A stretch of DNA of 64,000 nucleotides from Pseudomonadota bacterium (GTDB lineage: Bacteria; Pseudomonadota; Alphaproteobacteria; Rs-D84): assembly GCA_023402015.1 (NCBI GenBank), contig JAEXCU010000015.1:825-64824 (forward strand). Reading direction: 5' to 3'. This document shows, piece by piece, positions 1-9,622 of this stretch. Position 1 is the first letter of the stretch, and each line of letters starts with the position of its first letter. The translations under genes and the position numbers were made by a program. The notes beneath the pieces were generated by a model. That model did no database searches. It was not told where the DNA came from and was given only the letters and a program-made list of their open reading frames with translations.

Positions 1-1
1 C

Positions 2-445
2 ATGCCCGATGAATACAAAAATCTGAAATATGTTGGGCGGTTGGATTTTAAAACGACCGGATTGTTGTTGATGACAAATGACGGCGAATTGGCGCGTAAA
101 CTAACGCTGCCTGATTCACATATTCCGCGTACATATATTGCGACGGTAAATGGTGGTGATTTATCTGGGCTGGAACGTGCGCGCGGTGGCATAACGGTGG
201 ACGGCATAAAATACCGGCCGATGAAAATAACCGTTATTTCTGCGACACCACATGGCGCAAATTTAAAGGTTGAAATCAGCGAAGGAAAAAAGAACGAAGT
301 CCGCATTGTTCTGGGTGAATGCGGCTGTCCGGTGCGCAAATTACATCGCGTATCATTTGGCCCGATTAAGTTGGGTGATTTGGCGGTTGGAAAAATTCGC
401 GCAGTATCACAGAAAACAATTGACGCGATGATAAAATCTCTCTAA
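2..445 (+). CDS. rRNA pseudouridine synthase, RsuA/RluB family (N-terminus outside window)
   Basis: ORF is open to the window edge. Motif GRLDFKTTGLLLMTNDGELA matches the catalytic-Asp loop of the RsuA/RluB/E/F family. Confidence 0.8.
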   Translation: MPDEYKNLKYVGRLDFKTTGLLLMTNDGELARKLTLPDSHIPRTYIATVNGGDLSGLERARGGITVDGIKYRPMKITVISATPHGANLKVEISEGKKNEVRIVLGECGCPVRKLHRVSFGPIKLGDLAVGKIRAVSQKTIDAMIKSL

Positions 446-472
446 TATCTGATTAAGGAAGGGAGATTTAGT

Positions 473-1483
473 ATGAAAAAAAATACCTCTAAGAAAAATT
501 CATCTGCCAAAAAGAATACGCGCACTGTGGTCGCCAAATCTGATGTGTGTTCCAACGAATGCAAACAGTGCTTTAATCCTTGGTCTTTGTCCATTTATGT
601 TTATTGGTTTATAATTTTATTCTTTATTGCGGCAACGTTTTACATTTTGGGGCGCAGCCACAACGTGTTGTCAACACCTGCAAATGAAAACACTGGCAAT
701 GTTGAAATAACCGAAGAAGCATTAATCCAACCATCGGAATATTTTGAGGCCGGCAAAACAAAATTGCTGACCGGAAATATAGAAGAGGCAATTACCGATT
801 TAAACGCGGCGGTTGATGCCAATACAGATGACGTAAATGCATTAATCCTGCGGGGCGAGGCATATATGCAATCCGCAAATTATCGTGCGGCATTGGCGGA
901 TTTCAATTCTGTGATAGACAAAGATCCGGTTAACGCAGTGGCATATTATGACCGCGCGTTGTTAAACACACGCCTGGAAGATTATTCTGCGGCATTAAAT
1001 GACATAAATAATGCATTGGCGGCGCAAAGCGCACGCCCCAGCGAAGTTTTGCAATTGCGTGATTTGTATGCAAAACGTGGCCAGTTAAATCTGTGGTTAA
1101 AGAATTGGGAAGGTGCAATTGCCGATTACACAAATTCCCTGGCACGTCCAGACGGCGCAGTCAGCCCCAGTGTTTATGCCGAACGGGCCGAGGCATACAC
1201 CGCCGTTGGCAACTATGCCGATGCAATTAATGATTATACATCTGCGGTTCGCGTAATTTCTGAACAAATTCAGGGGGCAACAACGGCCGAAGAACGCGAA
1301 GCATTGTCCAGCCGTGCAATGTCATATTTTGAAAAATCTGCGGCATTGAATTTAAGCATGGGCAACATCGCATCTGCGCGCAGTGATTTGGAATCTGCAT
1401 ACACAATTGCCGCGGCCTTGGCAGACAGCGACAGCATGAATAGATTACAGGGTTTGGTTGCATCACTGCCTGAACAACAATAA
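473..1483 (+). CDS. TPR-repeat protein with N-terminal membrane anchor
   Basis: Lys-rich N-tail, one hydrophobic helix (WFIILFFIAATFYIL), then repeated 34-aa TPR-like units (for example ALILRGEAYMQSANYRAALADFNSVIDKDPVNAVAYYDRA). Confidence 0.7.
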   Translation: MKKNTSKKNSSAKKNTRTVVAKSDVCSNECKQCFNPWSLSIYVYWFIILFFIAATFYILGRSHNVLSTPANENTGNVEITEEALIQPSEYFEAGKTKLLTGNIEEAITDLNAAVDANTDDVNALILRGEAYMQSANYRAALADFNSVIDKDPVNAVAYYDRALLNTRLEDYSAALNDINNALAAQSARPSEVLQLRDLYAKRGQLNLWLKNWEGAIADYTNSLARPDGAVSPSVYAERAEAYTAVGNYADAINDYTSAVRVISEQIQGATTAEEREALSSRAMSYFEKSAALNLSMGNIASARSDLESAYTIAAALADSDSMNRLQGLVASLPEQQ

Positions 1484-1497
1484 TAAAAAACACATAC

Positions 1498-1530
1498 AAA
1501 AAAATCCCCCGGTTGGGGGATTTTTATTTT
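1498..1530. terminator. bidirectional rho-independent terminator between convergent genes
   Basis: aaaaaaatcccccggttgggggatttttatttt: GC stem flanked by an A-run and a T-run. Confidence 0.6.
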
Positions 1531-1805
1531 GGTATTGCGTACATTAAATTTTCACTGCGGATAAAATGCATTGCGCGGGTATATTCATGCTGAATATTAC
1601 GGGCACGCAGCATTAAATACCCCATACTGATAATCATTTGCATCATTTCGCGCGGAATATCCGCGGTTCCTTTTTCGTATGCTGACAGTTCTTTTTCCGA
1701 TATATGCAACGCGTTCGCAACATCCGCCGTTGCAAAAAACAAACGGCGACGGGACGCAATCATTGCCATACGCAGACCGGGACTGGATATATAGTTTTCT
1801 TTCAT
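1524..1805 (-). CDS. XRE/Cro-type helix-turn-helix protein (paralog of 44921..45232)
   Basis: 93-aa ORF. Segment ADVANALHISEKELSAYEKGTADIP fits an XRE HTH. RBS gagagg lies upstream. It shares L..M...RR....D.A..LHI....L..YEKG...IP with the second copy. Confidence 0.6.
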   Translation of the reverse strand: MKENYISSPGLRMAMIASRRRLFFATADVANALHISEKELSAYEKGTADIPREMMQMIISMGYLMLRARNIQHEYTRAMHFIRSENLMYAIPK

Positions 1806-1895
1806 GTTTTTTTCCTCTCTGTTTTCTTTCCCCGCCGATGGCGGGATTTATGGATCGCCATCCGTCCCCACTTCGTGGGGCCGCGACGTACACCC

Positions 1896-1960
1896 TTCGC
1901 AATGACAGCGATTTGTCATTGCGAGCAAGTGCGTCAGCACGCAGTGCGGCAATCCAGTTA
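1896..1960. repeat. palindromic interspersed repeat unit (GTCATTGCGAG...GGCAATCC family)
   Basis: ttcgcaatgacagcgatttgtcattgcgagcaagtgcgtcagcacgcagtgcggcaatccag. It is inserted between the structured leader and the HTH ORF. Confidence 0.8.
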
Positions 1961-1995
1961 ATAATCCCGCGCCGCCACAGGCTGTGCAGGACAAG

Positions 1996-2168
1996 AAAAA
2001 CCGCCGTGATTAAGGGCGGTTGGAGGTTAAGAACTATCAGATAATAGTGCTGCTTATTGTGCGCGAACGCATTATTCACAGCCCTCCAACCAGGTTGGAG
2101 TAAATATTTAATGTCATTTCTGACAATCTGAGAGGTTCTTACACCCCGCACTGGTAATCAACCAATGC
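1996..2168 (-). ncRNA. structured leader/sRNA, copy A (promoter TTGAAT-17-TATAAT at 2203..2175, terminator at 2020..1996)
   Basis: Reverse complement aligns with 44748..44898. It has the same promoter, 5' hairpin (gcattggttgattaccagtgc), CTCCAACC-loop-GGTTGGAG hairpin and the 3' end gttcttaacctccaaccgcccttaatcacggcgg plus a T-run. Confidence 0.45.
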
Positions 2169-2219
2169 GAATGAATTATACAATGAATATTTACACAATT
2201 CAATAATAAACAGAGCCTT

Positions 2220-2646
2220 TGTCATTGCGAGCAAGTGCGTCAGCACGCAGCGTGGCAATCCATAAATAAAGCGGAAAAGTTCATTAATTAACTGGATTGC
2301 TTCGTCCCTATGGTCCTCGCAATGACAGATATGATGTGCGCAGTGGTTTGGATTGCACGGCACTGACGTGGCTCGCAATGACAGCGGTGAAAATTTGCGC
2401 ACTCTTTTGTCATTCCAGCTTTCCACTTTGTAATACCAGCGTTCCCGTTTGTCATTCCCGCCCCCCCCCATTTGTCATTGCGAGGGAGTGTAAACGACTG
2501 CGGCAATCCAGTTAATTAATGAACTTTGCCGCTTTATATGTGGATTGCCACGTCATCCGTCGCAAATGCGCCGGATTCCTCGCAATGACAGATATGATGT
2601 GCGCAGTGGTTTGGATTGCACGGCACTGACGTGGCTCGCAATGACA
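2220..2646. repeat. array of palindromic GTCATTGCGAG...GGCAATCC units, including a perfect 69-bp direct repeat
   Basis: Full about 108-bp unit at 2220..2327 (left arm tgtcattgcgag..ggcaatcca, right arm ggattgc..ctcgcaatgaca). Segments 2315..2383 and 2578..2646 are identical. Confidence 0.85.
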
Positions 2647-2658
2647 AAAGTAAGAAGT

Positions 2659-2688
2659 CGTATCATGTTTCACGCACCACGTATCACG
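2659..2688 (-). repeat. CGTGATACG-type motif directly 3' of the fabZ terminator
   Basis: Minus strand reads ...gggcggttttttcgtgatacgtggtgcgtgaaacatgatacg. The same motif follows terminators at 22176, 44521 and 58785. Confidence 0.7.
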
Positions 2689-2717
2689 AAAAAACCGCCC
2701 AAACGGGCGGTTTTTTT
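2689..2717 (-). terminator. rho-independent terminator of lpxD-fabZ
   Basis: aaccgcccaaacgggcggtt stem with a T-run on the minus strand, starting at the fabZ stop codon. Confidence 0.75.
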
Positions 2718-3153
2718 AAGCGTCGCGCGGTTCCATAATTGCGGAAAATGTTGCCTCGGCCACTTTTTTGCCGCCAACCATCGCAATGCCATGGAATTTG
2801 TACAGGCGCATCTTACTCATTAACAATTCTACGTGCAATTCCAATACATCGCCCGGCATTACCATGTGCGAAAATTTGATTTTTTCCATTGTGGTGAAAT
2901 AACCCAATGTTTTGCCGTCTGTGGCCCCCATTTTGGTCAGCGCGATAAAGCATGCGGTTTGGGCCAATGCCTCAATCTGTAAAACGCCGGGCATGACCGG
3001 TTTGCCCGGGAAATGTCCCGCACACCAAAATTCGTCATCGCGGACGTATTTAATACCAACGCCACTGTTTTCATTAAATTCACGGATTTCATCAACCAAT
3101 CGCATATGACCGCGATGTGGAATTACTTTTTCAATACCTGCTGCATCTACCAT
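2716..3153 (-). CDS. fabZ: 3-hydroxyacyl-ACP dehydratase FabZ
   Basis: Hot-dog dehydratase signature GHFPGKPVMPGVLQIEALAQ. Lies immediately downstream of lpxD. Confidence 0.9.
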   Translation of the reverse strand: MVDAAGIEKVIPHRGHMRLVDEIREFNENSGVGIKYVRDDEFWCAGHFPGKPVMPGVLQIEALAQTACFIALTKMGATDGKTLGYFTTMEKIKFSHMVMPGDVLELHVELLMSKMRLYKFHGIAMVGGKKVAEATFSAIMEPRDA

Positions 3154-3169
3154 TGTAGCCCCCTTGTCA

Positions 3170-4213
3170 TTATCCTTTTACTTGTTTTTTTATCCATGCA
3201 TAATGGCGCATAAATTCGGTGCCCGGACCGGCCGGGTATCCCATGTGTTTCTGGCCGTCCGGGACATTGCGGAAAACACCACTGTTGGCGCCAACCTCGG
3301 CATCGTTGCCAATATGCACACCGTTTGCAATTCCAACGTGCCCCGCCAATAATGCGCGGTCGCCAATAACAACGCCGCCCGCCAATCCAACGCCAGATGC
3401 CAAAAAGCATTCGCGCCCAATAATAACCCCGTGTGCAATCTGGCACAGGTTATCAATTTTTGTACCGTCGCCCACCGTTGTATCTGTCATGGCGCCGCGG
3501 TCAATGCATGTGTTTGCACCAACCGAAACCCGGTCGCCCAAAACAACACGGCCCGTGTGCGGAATGAAAATGTTATGGCCGTCTTGGCGTGTGTATCCAA
3601 AACCGTCTTTGCCAATAACTGCGCCGGCATTAATTACGCAATCTGCACCGATTGTTGCATTTTCAATATGCGCGCCACTGTGCACAACTGTGCCGCGACC
3701 CAATGTTGTATTGCGGCCAATATATGCGCCGGGGTATATTTTTACATCCGGTTCAATAACGGCGCCACGTTCAATGGTTGCATATTGGCCGACATAAACA
3801 CTGCGTTTATTGCGAAAGAACACACCGCGTGCAATTGTTGCGTCGTGTGAAATGCCAAATCGTGGCTTTTCCCGATATATTTCGCCCAATATTTTTACAA
3901 TATTTCCGCGCGGACTGGGGGTAATCAGTAATGTTGCCCCACTGGGTGCATTGGGCACCTGTTCCGGTTGCAGCAATATAACACTGGCCCGGGTGTTTTT
4001 CAAAACATCTATGGGCAGGATTTTAAACGCTGCACTGTTTTGTTCGGTGGAATAAAATGCCAATTGGCCTGGTTTTGCGTCCGCAATGGGTGCAACGCCC
4101 GATACCGGTGTTGACGCATCGCCACGCAGTTCCAAACCAAATTGTTCGGCCAATTCGCCGGCTGTTGTTTTCGTTGCCGCCGGCGCCAGCAATGATTTTA
4201 TTATTTTTAACAT
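3170..4213 (-). CDS. lpxD: UDP-3-O-acylglucosamine N-acyltransferase LpxD
   Basis: Left-handed beta-helix hexapeptide repeats across the C-terminal two thirds. skp-lpxD-fabZ synteny. Start placed at MLKIIKS (ATG 4213) rather than the longest ORF (4240). Confidence 0.9.
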   Translation of the reverse strand: MLKIIKSLLAPAATKTTAGELAEQFGLELRGDASTPVSGVAPIADAKPGQLAFYSTEQNSAAFKILPIDVLKNTRASVILLQPEQVPNAPSGATLLITPSPRGNIVKILGEIYREKPRFGISHDATIARGVFFRNKRSVYVGQYATIERGAVIEPDVKIYPGAYIGRNTTLGRGTVVHSGAHIENATIGADCVINAGAVIGKDGFGYTRQDGHNIFIPHTGRVVLGDRVSVGANTCIDRGAMTDTTVGDGTKIDNLCQIAHGVIIGRECFLASGVGLAGGVVIGDRALLAGHVGIANGVHIGNDAEVGANSGVFRNVPDGQKHMGYPAGPGTEFMRHYAWIKKQVKG

Positions 4214-4256
4214 GCCGGGATTATACCCAAAAAAAATCAAATTAAAAGCAGAAAGT

Positions 4257-4282
4257 AAAAACCGCCCAAAATGGGCGGTTGG
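4257..4282 (-). terminator. rho-independent terminator after skp
   Basis: Minus strand reads aaccgcccattttgggcggttttt. Confidence 0.6.
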
Positions 4283-4301
4283 GAATTAATAACCGTGAAA
4301 A

Positions 4302-4976
4302 TTAGAAACCTTTGGGTTTTTCCATTTTTACAGACGACACTTTTTTATTCAATGCAGAAACAACTTCGTCTGTGATATCCAGGTTTTGTGCATTTGCACC
4401 CGTACGCGCAAAGCGGCCGTCAATTACCAAAGACAAATTCTTTTTGGCAATGATGCCTTCTATGACCGGGTCCAAATGTTTGGCCTGTACTTCGTTCAGG
4501 GCCTTTTGAAACGCCACCTCGATGCTTTGGGCGCGTTCTGTCAAATCACGTTGCAATTTTGTAACGCGGTTTTGATAATCCACAACGCGGCGCTGTAATG
4601 CATCACGGGATAAAACATCCTGGGATTTTTCAATTTCGGCCTTTTCTTTTTCCAATTCTTTTTGGGTTGCGGTCAATTCATTACGCAGTTTTTCTTCGTA
4701 CGATTCTTTCTGTTTGCGCAGGTCTTTTAATGCCGTTGCGTCGTTTTGAATCGCATCCATACGGATAACCGCAATACGCAGGTTTGCACCGTTTGCCGCA
4801 TCGGTCGTAATGGTTTCCATTACTTCTTCAACAGATGCGCCACCGGAACGCGCAGACCCCAGTGCCCATACCCCCAATGCCGCGACCGCAATAACCGCCG
4901 CAACGATGATACCGCCGCGTGCATATTTTTTTGCCGCGGATTTTTCTGATTGTTTGTTGTTTGCCATATTTTCCAT
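4302..4976 (-). CDS. skp: OmpH/Skp-like periplasmic chaperone
   Basis: N-terminal hydrophobic segment followed by a long K/E/Q-rich coiled coil. Conserved position upstream of lpxD. Confidence 0.7.
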   Translation of the reverse strand: MENMANNKQSEKSAAKKYARGGIIVAAVIAVAALGVWALGSARSGGASVEEVMETITTDAANGANLRIAVIRMDAIQNDATALKDLRKQKESYEEKLRNELTATQKELEKEKAEIEKSQDVLSRDALQRRVVDYQNRVTKLQRDLTERAQSIEVAFQKALNEVQAKHLDPVIEGIIAKKNLSLVIDGRFARTGANAQNLDITDEVVSALNKKVSSVKMEKPKGF

Positions 4977-5044
4977 CCTTTTGTATGTTCTGGTCGCAGT
5001 ATAGCAATAAAAAAATGAAATGAAAAGGGAAACTTGTCGTGATA

Positions 5045-5725
5045 TTAACGCGCCGGCGCCAATCTGATTTCCACACGACGATTGGTTAGGCGACCAATGT
5101 CATCCTGGGCCGCGATTGGGCGCGCCGCACCCCGGCCAACAATAAACATCCGGGCGGTGTTAACACCATGCTGGGATAAATAAACACCAACACGCTGGGC
5201 CATGTCCAACGACAATGCATTTGATGCGTTGGTATTTGTCATTGCGTCGGTATAACCCGCAATTTCAACAAATGTTGCGTCGTATTTCTTTAATATCTTG
5301 GCAATGGTGTTCAGTGTGTCGTCGCCGGTCGCAGAAATATCGGCCACATTTAATTCCATTATTGCGTCCCGCACCAATATAATAACAACATCTGTTCCTG
5401 CGCGCTGAACAGAAATGCCGGGTTTGCGCAATGCATCATACAATGCGTATTCCAGGTTTGCCATATAGTGCACAGATAAAATATTATCATTTGTTGCTTT
5501 GTCGCCATATTCCAGTTTTGCAGGTGCATTTTCACCGGTAATTAATTTACCGCCGGCCCCCAGGTAAACAGGCCGCTTGGCCACACGGGCGGGTTCAGAC
5601 ATATCAGAAAAACTGGCGCCGGATAAATACCCAGACCATGTGTTGCGTGCAGGGCTGTGATACGGGGTGCATGCGGTTATTGTGCATGTTATAAATATTG
5701 CCAAGATTAATTTTGTTATATCCAT
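5045..5725 (-). CDS. OmpA/MotB-domain lipoprotein
   Basis: Lipobox-like ITAC. C-terminal OmpA-type peptidoglycan-binding domain (IAGYTDAM..SNALSLDMAQRVGVYL...NRRVEIRL). Confidence 0.8.
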   Translation of the reverse strand: MDITKLILAIFITCTITACTPYHSPARNTWSGYLSGASFSDMSEPARVAKRPVYLGAGGKLITGENAPAKLEYGDKATNDNILSVHYMANLEYALYDALRKPGISVQRAGTDVVIILVRDAIMELNVADISATGDDTLNTIAKILKKYDATFVEIAGYTDAMTNTNASNALSLDMAQRVGVYLSQHGVNTARMFIVGRGAARPIAAQDDIGRLTNRRVEIRLAPAR

Positions 5726-5728
5726 TAA

Positions 5729-6187
5729 TTATTTCACGATAAATGAAACCTGGTTTGTTGCAGATGAAAAACAATGTGATTCAGGCGATGTTTCATATCC
5801 ATTAACAATGATTGTTGTCGCCCATTTTGGAACCGCGGTTGTAAAATAATTACATTCGCCCTGGGTTAAATTAACCAGATTAATTGAAAAAAACGATGTA
5901 TCAGTGGTGGGACCAACCGTCCAATCTGGACCACCAATTGGTGCGGCGGATGATTTTAATGCGCCGGCCTTGATTAAATAATCCACCGACAGGCCCGTAT
6001 AATCACCACGCATTTCCATCAGTAATTTTGTATTTTTTGCAATTTCTTGTAATTGCGCAGATGCGATTTGACGTGTTTGATTGCGACGTATGACAGAATA
6101 AACACCAATTGCACTGGCCGTCATCAGACCGGCAATTGCCAAAACGCCAATTACTTCTATCATAGAACGACCGGATTCATGTTTCAT
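5729..6187 (-). CDS. type IV pilin-like protein
   Basis: Class III signal MKHESG|RSMIEVIGVLAIAGLM (Gly at -1, Glu at +5, hydrophobic helix). Two C-terminal Cys. Stop lies 3 nt before the OmpA-domain gene start. Confidence 0.65.
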   Translation of the reverse strand: MKHESGRSMIEVIGVLAIAGLMTASAIGVYSVIRRNQTRQIASAQLQEIAKNTKLLMEMRGDYTGLSVDYLIKAGALKSSAAPIGGPDWTVGPTTDTSFFSINLVNLTQGECNYFTTAVPKWATTIIVNGYETSPESHCFSSATNQVSFIVK

Positions 6188-6208
6188 TTGATTTTCCTTG
6201 GGTTATGA

Positions 6209-7753
6209 TTATTTGGTCAAACCGATGATTTCGGCGTTTTCAAATAAACTCATTGCGCTGGCAACCATGGGGTCGGATTCCAATTCGGATTGATTTTGTT
6301 CGGCAACCGTTGCGACATGTTGGGATTCTGTGGCGCGTTCCAATGTCCACGTTTTGCCCGTTTTATCTGTCAACCATGCGGACAGGCGTGGCGGGAAATC
6401 TGCGTCGCCTTTGCGGTCATAATATTTGATTGTGCCATTTCCAAATTCAACGATTTCAATATTACTGCTGTAATAAGAAAACAGTAATATTTCCTTGGTT
6501 TCCTGTAATGCGGCAGCCAAATCTGCGGCAGATTTTAATTCACGAAACTTGGGTTTTTGGGCCACCACATCCGGTTTTTTCGTTGCGGCGATGGTTGGCT
6601 TGGGGCCAGCCGCCTGTTGTTTCAGTATTTCAGAAACCGGTGGCATATCCGCAATGTGCATTAATCGCACGATTAACATATCAAAGCATTGCTTTTGATT
6701 GCCGGCCGATTGCATTTCACCAACAGATGCAACCATAACCTGCCATATGCGCGACAGGGTATTCAAAGAAACCTTTTCATTTATATTACGAATTTGTTCA
6801 CGCTGGTCCGCGGTGTATGGGGAATTTATTGCGTCCCCCGCGTGCAGGGCCGGATGCATACGCGTCGCCCAATGTGTCCATTCCATCATATCGCCCAATA
6901 ACATGGATAAATCCGCGCCATTGGTATAAATTTCATCTGATTTTTCCAATGCGGTTGCAACATCGCCCGACAACAGTGTTTTCATAAATTCAACAACCAC
7001 GCCGCGGTCGGCGCGTTTTAACATATCCATAACGGCGGCTTCGTCCACATGACCACCGGTTTGGGCAATTGCCTGATCCAACAGGGATAATCCATCGCGC
7101 ACAGATCCGTCTGCCGCGCGGGCCAACAATTCATTTGCAGCATCCGTCAGTTGGATTTTTTCTTGGTCTGCAATCCATGCGAAATGTTTTTTCAGGGTTT
7201 CAACCGGAACGCGGACCAAATCAAAACGCTGGCACCGGGATAAAATGGTAACAGGCACTTTGCGAATTTCGGTTGTGGCCAAAATAAATATTACGTGTGC
7301 TGGCGGTTCTTCCAATGTTTTCAGCAATGCGTTAAATGCAGATGTGGACAGCATGTGCACTTCGTCAATTATATAAACCTTGTACCGGCCATTGGTTGGT
7401 CTGTATTGCGATGCATCCAAAATGTCGCGCATATTGTCCACACCCGTATGCGATGCGGCGTCAATTTCCAAAACGTCAATGTGTTGACCTGCGGCGATTG
7501 CACGACAATTTTCACATTTACCACATGGCGTTGCAGTTGCGCGGTCAGATGATTGGCAATTTAATGCCTTGGCCAGAATGCGCGCAGTACTGGTTTTTCC
7601 GGTACCGCGAATTCCGGTAAAAATATATGCATGCGCAATGCGCGATGTGTTGATTGCGGTGGTCAGTGTTTTTACCAAAACGTCCTGGCCGATAAGTGAT
7701 TGAAAATCTTGGCTGCGATATTTTCGTGCTAAAACTGTGTAATTGCTGTCCAT
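6209..7753 (-). CDS. dnaX: DNA polymerase III subunit gamma/tau
   Basis: Walker A GIRGTGKTS, Zn module CGKCENC, VYIIDEVHMLS, sensor LSRCQRF. Start set to MDSNYTVLARKYR (ATG 7753). Confidence 0.9.
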   Translation of the reverse strand: MDSNYTVLARKYRSQDFQSLIGQDVLVKTLTTAINTSRIAHAYIFTGIRGTGKTSTARILAKALNCQSSDRATATPCGKCENCRAIAAGQHIDVLEIDAASHTGVDNMRDILDASQYRPTNGRYKVYIIDEVHMLSTSAFNALLKTLEEPPAHVIFILATTEIRKVPVTILSRCQRFDLVRVPVETLKKHFAWIADQEKIQLTDAANELLARAADGSVRDGLSLLDQAIAQTGGHVDEAAVMDMLKRADRGVVVEFMKTLLSGDVATALEKSDEIYTNGADLSMLLGDMMEWTHWATRMHPALHAGDAINSPYTADQREQIRNINEKVSLNTLSRIWQVMVASVGEMQSAGNQKQCFDMLIVRLMHIADMPPVSEILKQQAAGPKPTIAATKKPDVVAQKPKFRELKSAADLAAALQETKEILLFSYYSSNIEIVEFGNGTIKYYDRKGDADFPPRLSAWLTDKTGKTWTLERATESQHVATVAEQNQSELESDPMVASAMSLFENAEIIGLTK

Positions 7754-7832
7754 GCTAAATCTTCCTTTGGCCCCAGGATAGCAAAACAACACCAAATTTC
7801 AACAATTAAAGTATGAAAATCGCAGCGTTAAT

Positions 7833-8123
7833 TTATTTTAAATCTGTAATAAAATCCGGGAAAGATGCATCGTCGTCATCGGATGTGTCGGCCGGTTCAG
7901 TGATTGGTTGATTTTTTTCTTTGGGGTCGCGTGTGGAATCAATTTTTCCCTGTTCTGCACTGACGATGCGACCGTAATGTTCCGCCGCCTGCATCAGACG
8001 TTCGCGTTCAATTTCGTCCGGTGTTTGTCGCGCCTGGTCCATGTATTGTTTTCTTTTTTGGCGCCATTTATGACAACGCTGAATCATCAGCCCGACAGAC
8101 GATTGGTTTTTCTTATTTTGCAT
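7833..8123 (-). CDS. small basic/acidic protein, DUF4167-like
   Basis: Core ...YMDQARQTPDEIERERLMQAAEHYGRI resembles the alphaproteobacterial DUF4167 motif (..AR...D.vEaEn..QHAEHY.R.), recalled from memory. Confidence 0.45.
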   Translation of the reverse strand: MQNKKNQSSVGLMIQRCHKWRQKRKQYMDQARQTPDEIERERLMQAAEHYGRIVSAEQGKIDSTRDPKEKNQPITEPADTSDDDDASFPDFITDLK

Positions 8124-8266
8124 TTGTTTTCTTTTTTCAGGAAGTCATTTCAGACGGCAATAATTTTATCGCCATCGCTTGTCAACATTTGGAATAATAA
8201 ATCATCTTAAAACTGATTGCAATAATTTTTTTCAATTGCTATGCTGAACCACGTAGGAGGGCTGTC

Positions 8267-9622
8267 TTGCAAAGGCAAAGTGGAAATTTTTTATTGCAGG
8301 CTTTGTTGTCGCTGACCCTGATATTTGCCTTCGTTCCATATTTTGCAACGCGGCTGGCGGCGCGCGATATGGATTCACAAATGCATGCTGCGTCCCGACA
8401 AATTGAATCTGCACAAACTGCCGCGCGCATTTTTATTCGCGAAACCGCATCTGAATTGCCATATGATGTCAGTGTTATTTCTGGCAATGCGTTTGCCGAT
8501 ACGTTGGAACCATATGGATTGCCGTTGGGGTTTGTTCCGCGTACCGCATTGGGCCAGGATATTTCATTGGTTATAAATAAAACACCCCTGGCGGTCAGTG
8601 CGTATTTAAAACTGTCCGGTGGCGGATTATCACAACTGGAATTGGCGGAATTGGCACGCAGAATTGGTTTTTATGCCAGTGCGGATGGCGATGGTATTAT
8701 TGTTGGATTGGCGTTGGATGATGTCTATTCAGATATTGTTCGCCGCAATGAAACGAATTTGGATAACAGTGCATTTTTAACAGATTTAGATATGGGTGGT
8801 TTTGTTTTTGACAATGCCGGAAATGTAATGGCGCGTCGCGGTGAATTTGATTCGGCAGAGTTTGGAACACTGTCCGTTGTTGGAACAGAATCCGGACGAA
8901 AACAAAAAAATGACATCAAAAGTATATTAACCGACAAGGCGGTCTTTCAAACAAAAACAGGTGAATCTGCATTATCGTTAACACGTGGTGGATTGGTTGT
9001 GGAAATGGTAAATGCCAAAACGGTTTCGCGATATGGTGATACGGGCAATTTAACCGCCGGCGCGGCATCTGTGTACGATTTCGCAATGACCGCGGGGCGC
9101 ACCAGTTTTACCGGCCCGTCTAAATGGAATGTCCGGGGCAGTGTTATCACAGATAAAATAAATTTTAGCATAGAAAGATTAGAAGTGGATTCTTTTATTA
9201 ATGCCGCCCGGGGCCAGGACGTTTATATAAATCCAGATGATTTGGAATATTCCACCCGCAGCGGCATAGAAGTCAATTCCATTGCCGCGTCCAATATTAC
9301 TGTGCGCGACCAGACATCAGATGCCCTGTCCCATGGTGAAACCGGTGCTGTTATTTTGGACATTCGTCCCGCCGGCACATCTGTGATGCCAGACGTGTTG
9401 GTTAATGGCATTGATAATAATGCAATTGCAATCATTGCGGCGCCAGGGGACAATGACGGTAAAACCGTTGATTGTAAATCCATAATTAACAAATATGACG
9501 GACGCTATAATCAAAAATCTTTGGCCCAGTATATCATATGCCAATATGTTTATTGGCAACGCCTGGAAAAAAGAATAAATATAAAAAAATGTTTGCTGGA
9601 TGGTAAAAGTGGCTGCGTATAA
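8267..9622 (+). CDS. large prepilin-like protein 1 (451 aa)
   Basis: TTG start 8 nt after a strong SD (aggagg). N-terminus MQRQSG|NFLLQALLSLTLIFAFVPYF is pilin-like, with Gln instead of Glu at +5. The C-terminal half is paralogous to the next two ORFs. Confidence 0.5.
   Translation: MQRQSGNFLLQALLSLTLIFAFVPYFATRLAARDMDSQMHAASRQIESAQTAARIFIRETASELPYDVSVISGNAFADTLEPYGLPLGFVPRTALGQDISLVINKTPLAVSAYLKLSGGGLSQLELAELARRIGFYASADGDGIIVGLALDDVYSDIVRRNETNLDNSAFLTDLDMGGFVFDNAGNVMARRGEFDSAEFGTLSVVGTESGRKQKNDIKSILTDKAVFQTKTGESALSLTRGGLVVEMVNAKTVSRYGDTGNLTAGAASVYDFAMTAGRTSFTGPSKWNVRGSVITDKINFSIERLEVDSFINAARGQDVYINPDDLEYSTRSGIEVNSIAASNITVRDQTSDALSHGETGAVILDIRPAGTSVMPDVLVNGIDNNAIAIIAAPGDNDGKTVDCKSIINKYDGRYNQKSLAQYIICQYVYWQRLEKRINIKKCLLDGKSGCV

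Noticed and set aside
1597-2515. ORFs of 72-184 aa spanning the repeat island (1597..2151, 2139..2471, 2288..2506, 2297..2515, 2545..2823)
   Set aside because: They are translations of palindromic repeats (..LAMT.., ..HCEQVRQHAVRQSS..). They are open on both strands because of the palindromic nature, and no coding signal is evident.
3219-3850. Plus-strand ORFs of 192 and 139 aa within lpxD
   Set aside because: This is the typical antisense openness of hexapeptide-repeat genes. The LpxD frame is unambiguous.
6209-7753. Programmed -1 frameshift site in dnaX (gamma versus tau)
   Set aside because: I looked for an A AAA AAG-type heptamer in frame. The only A-run (acg aaa aaa ccg, near 6565..6580) is not in the X XXY YYZ register and has no downstream hairpin, so no claim is made.
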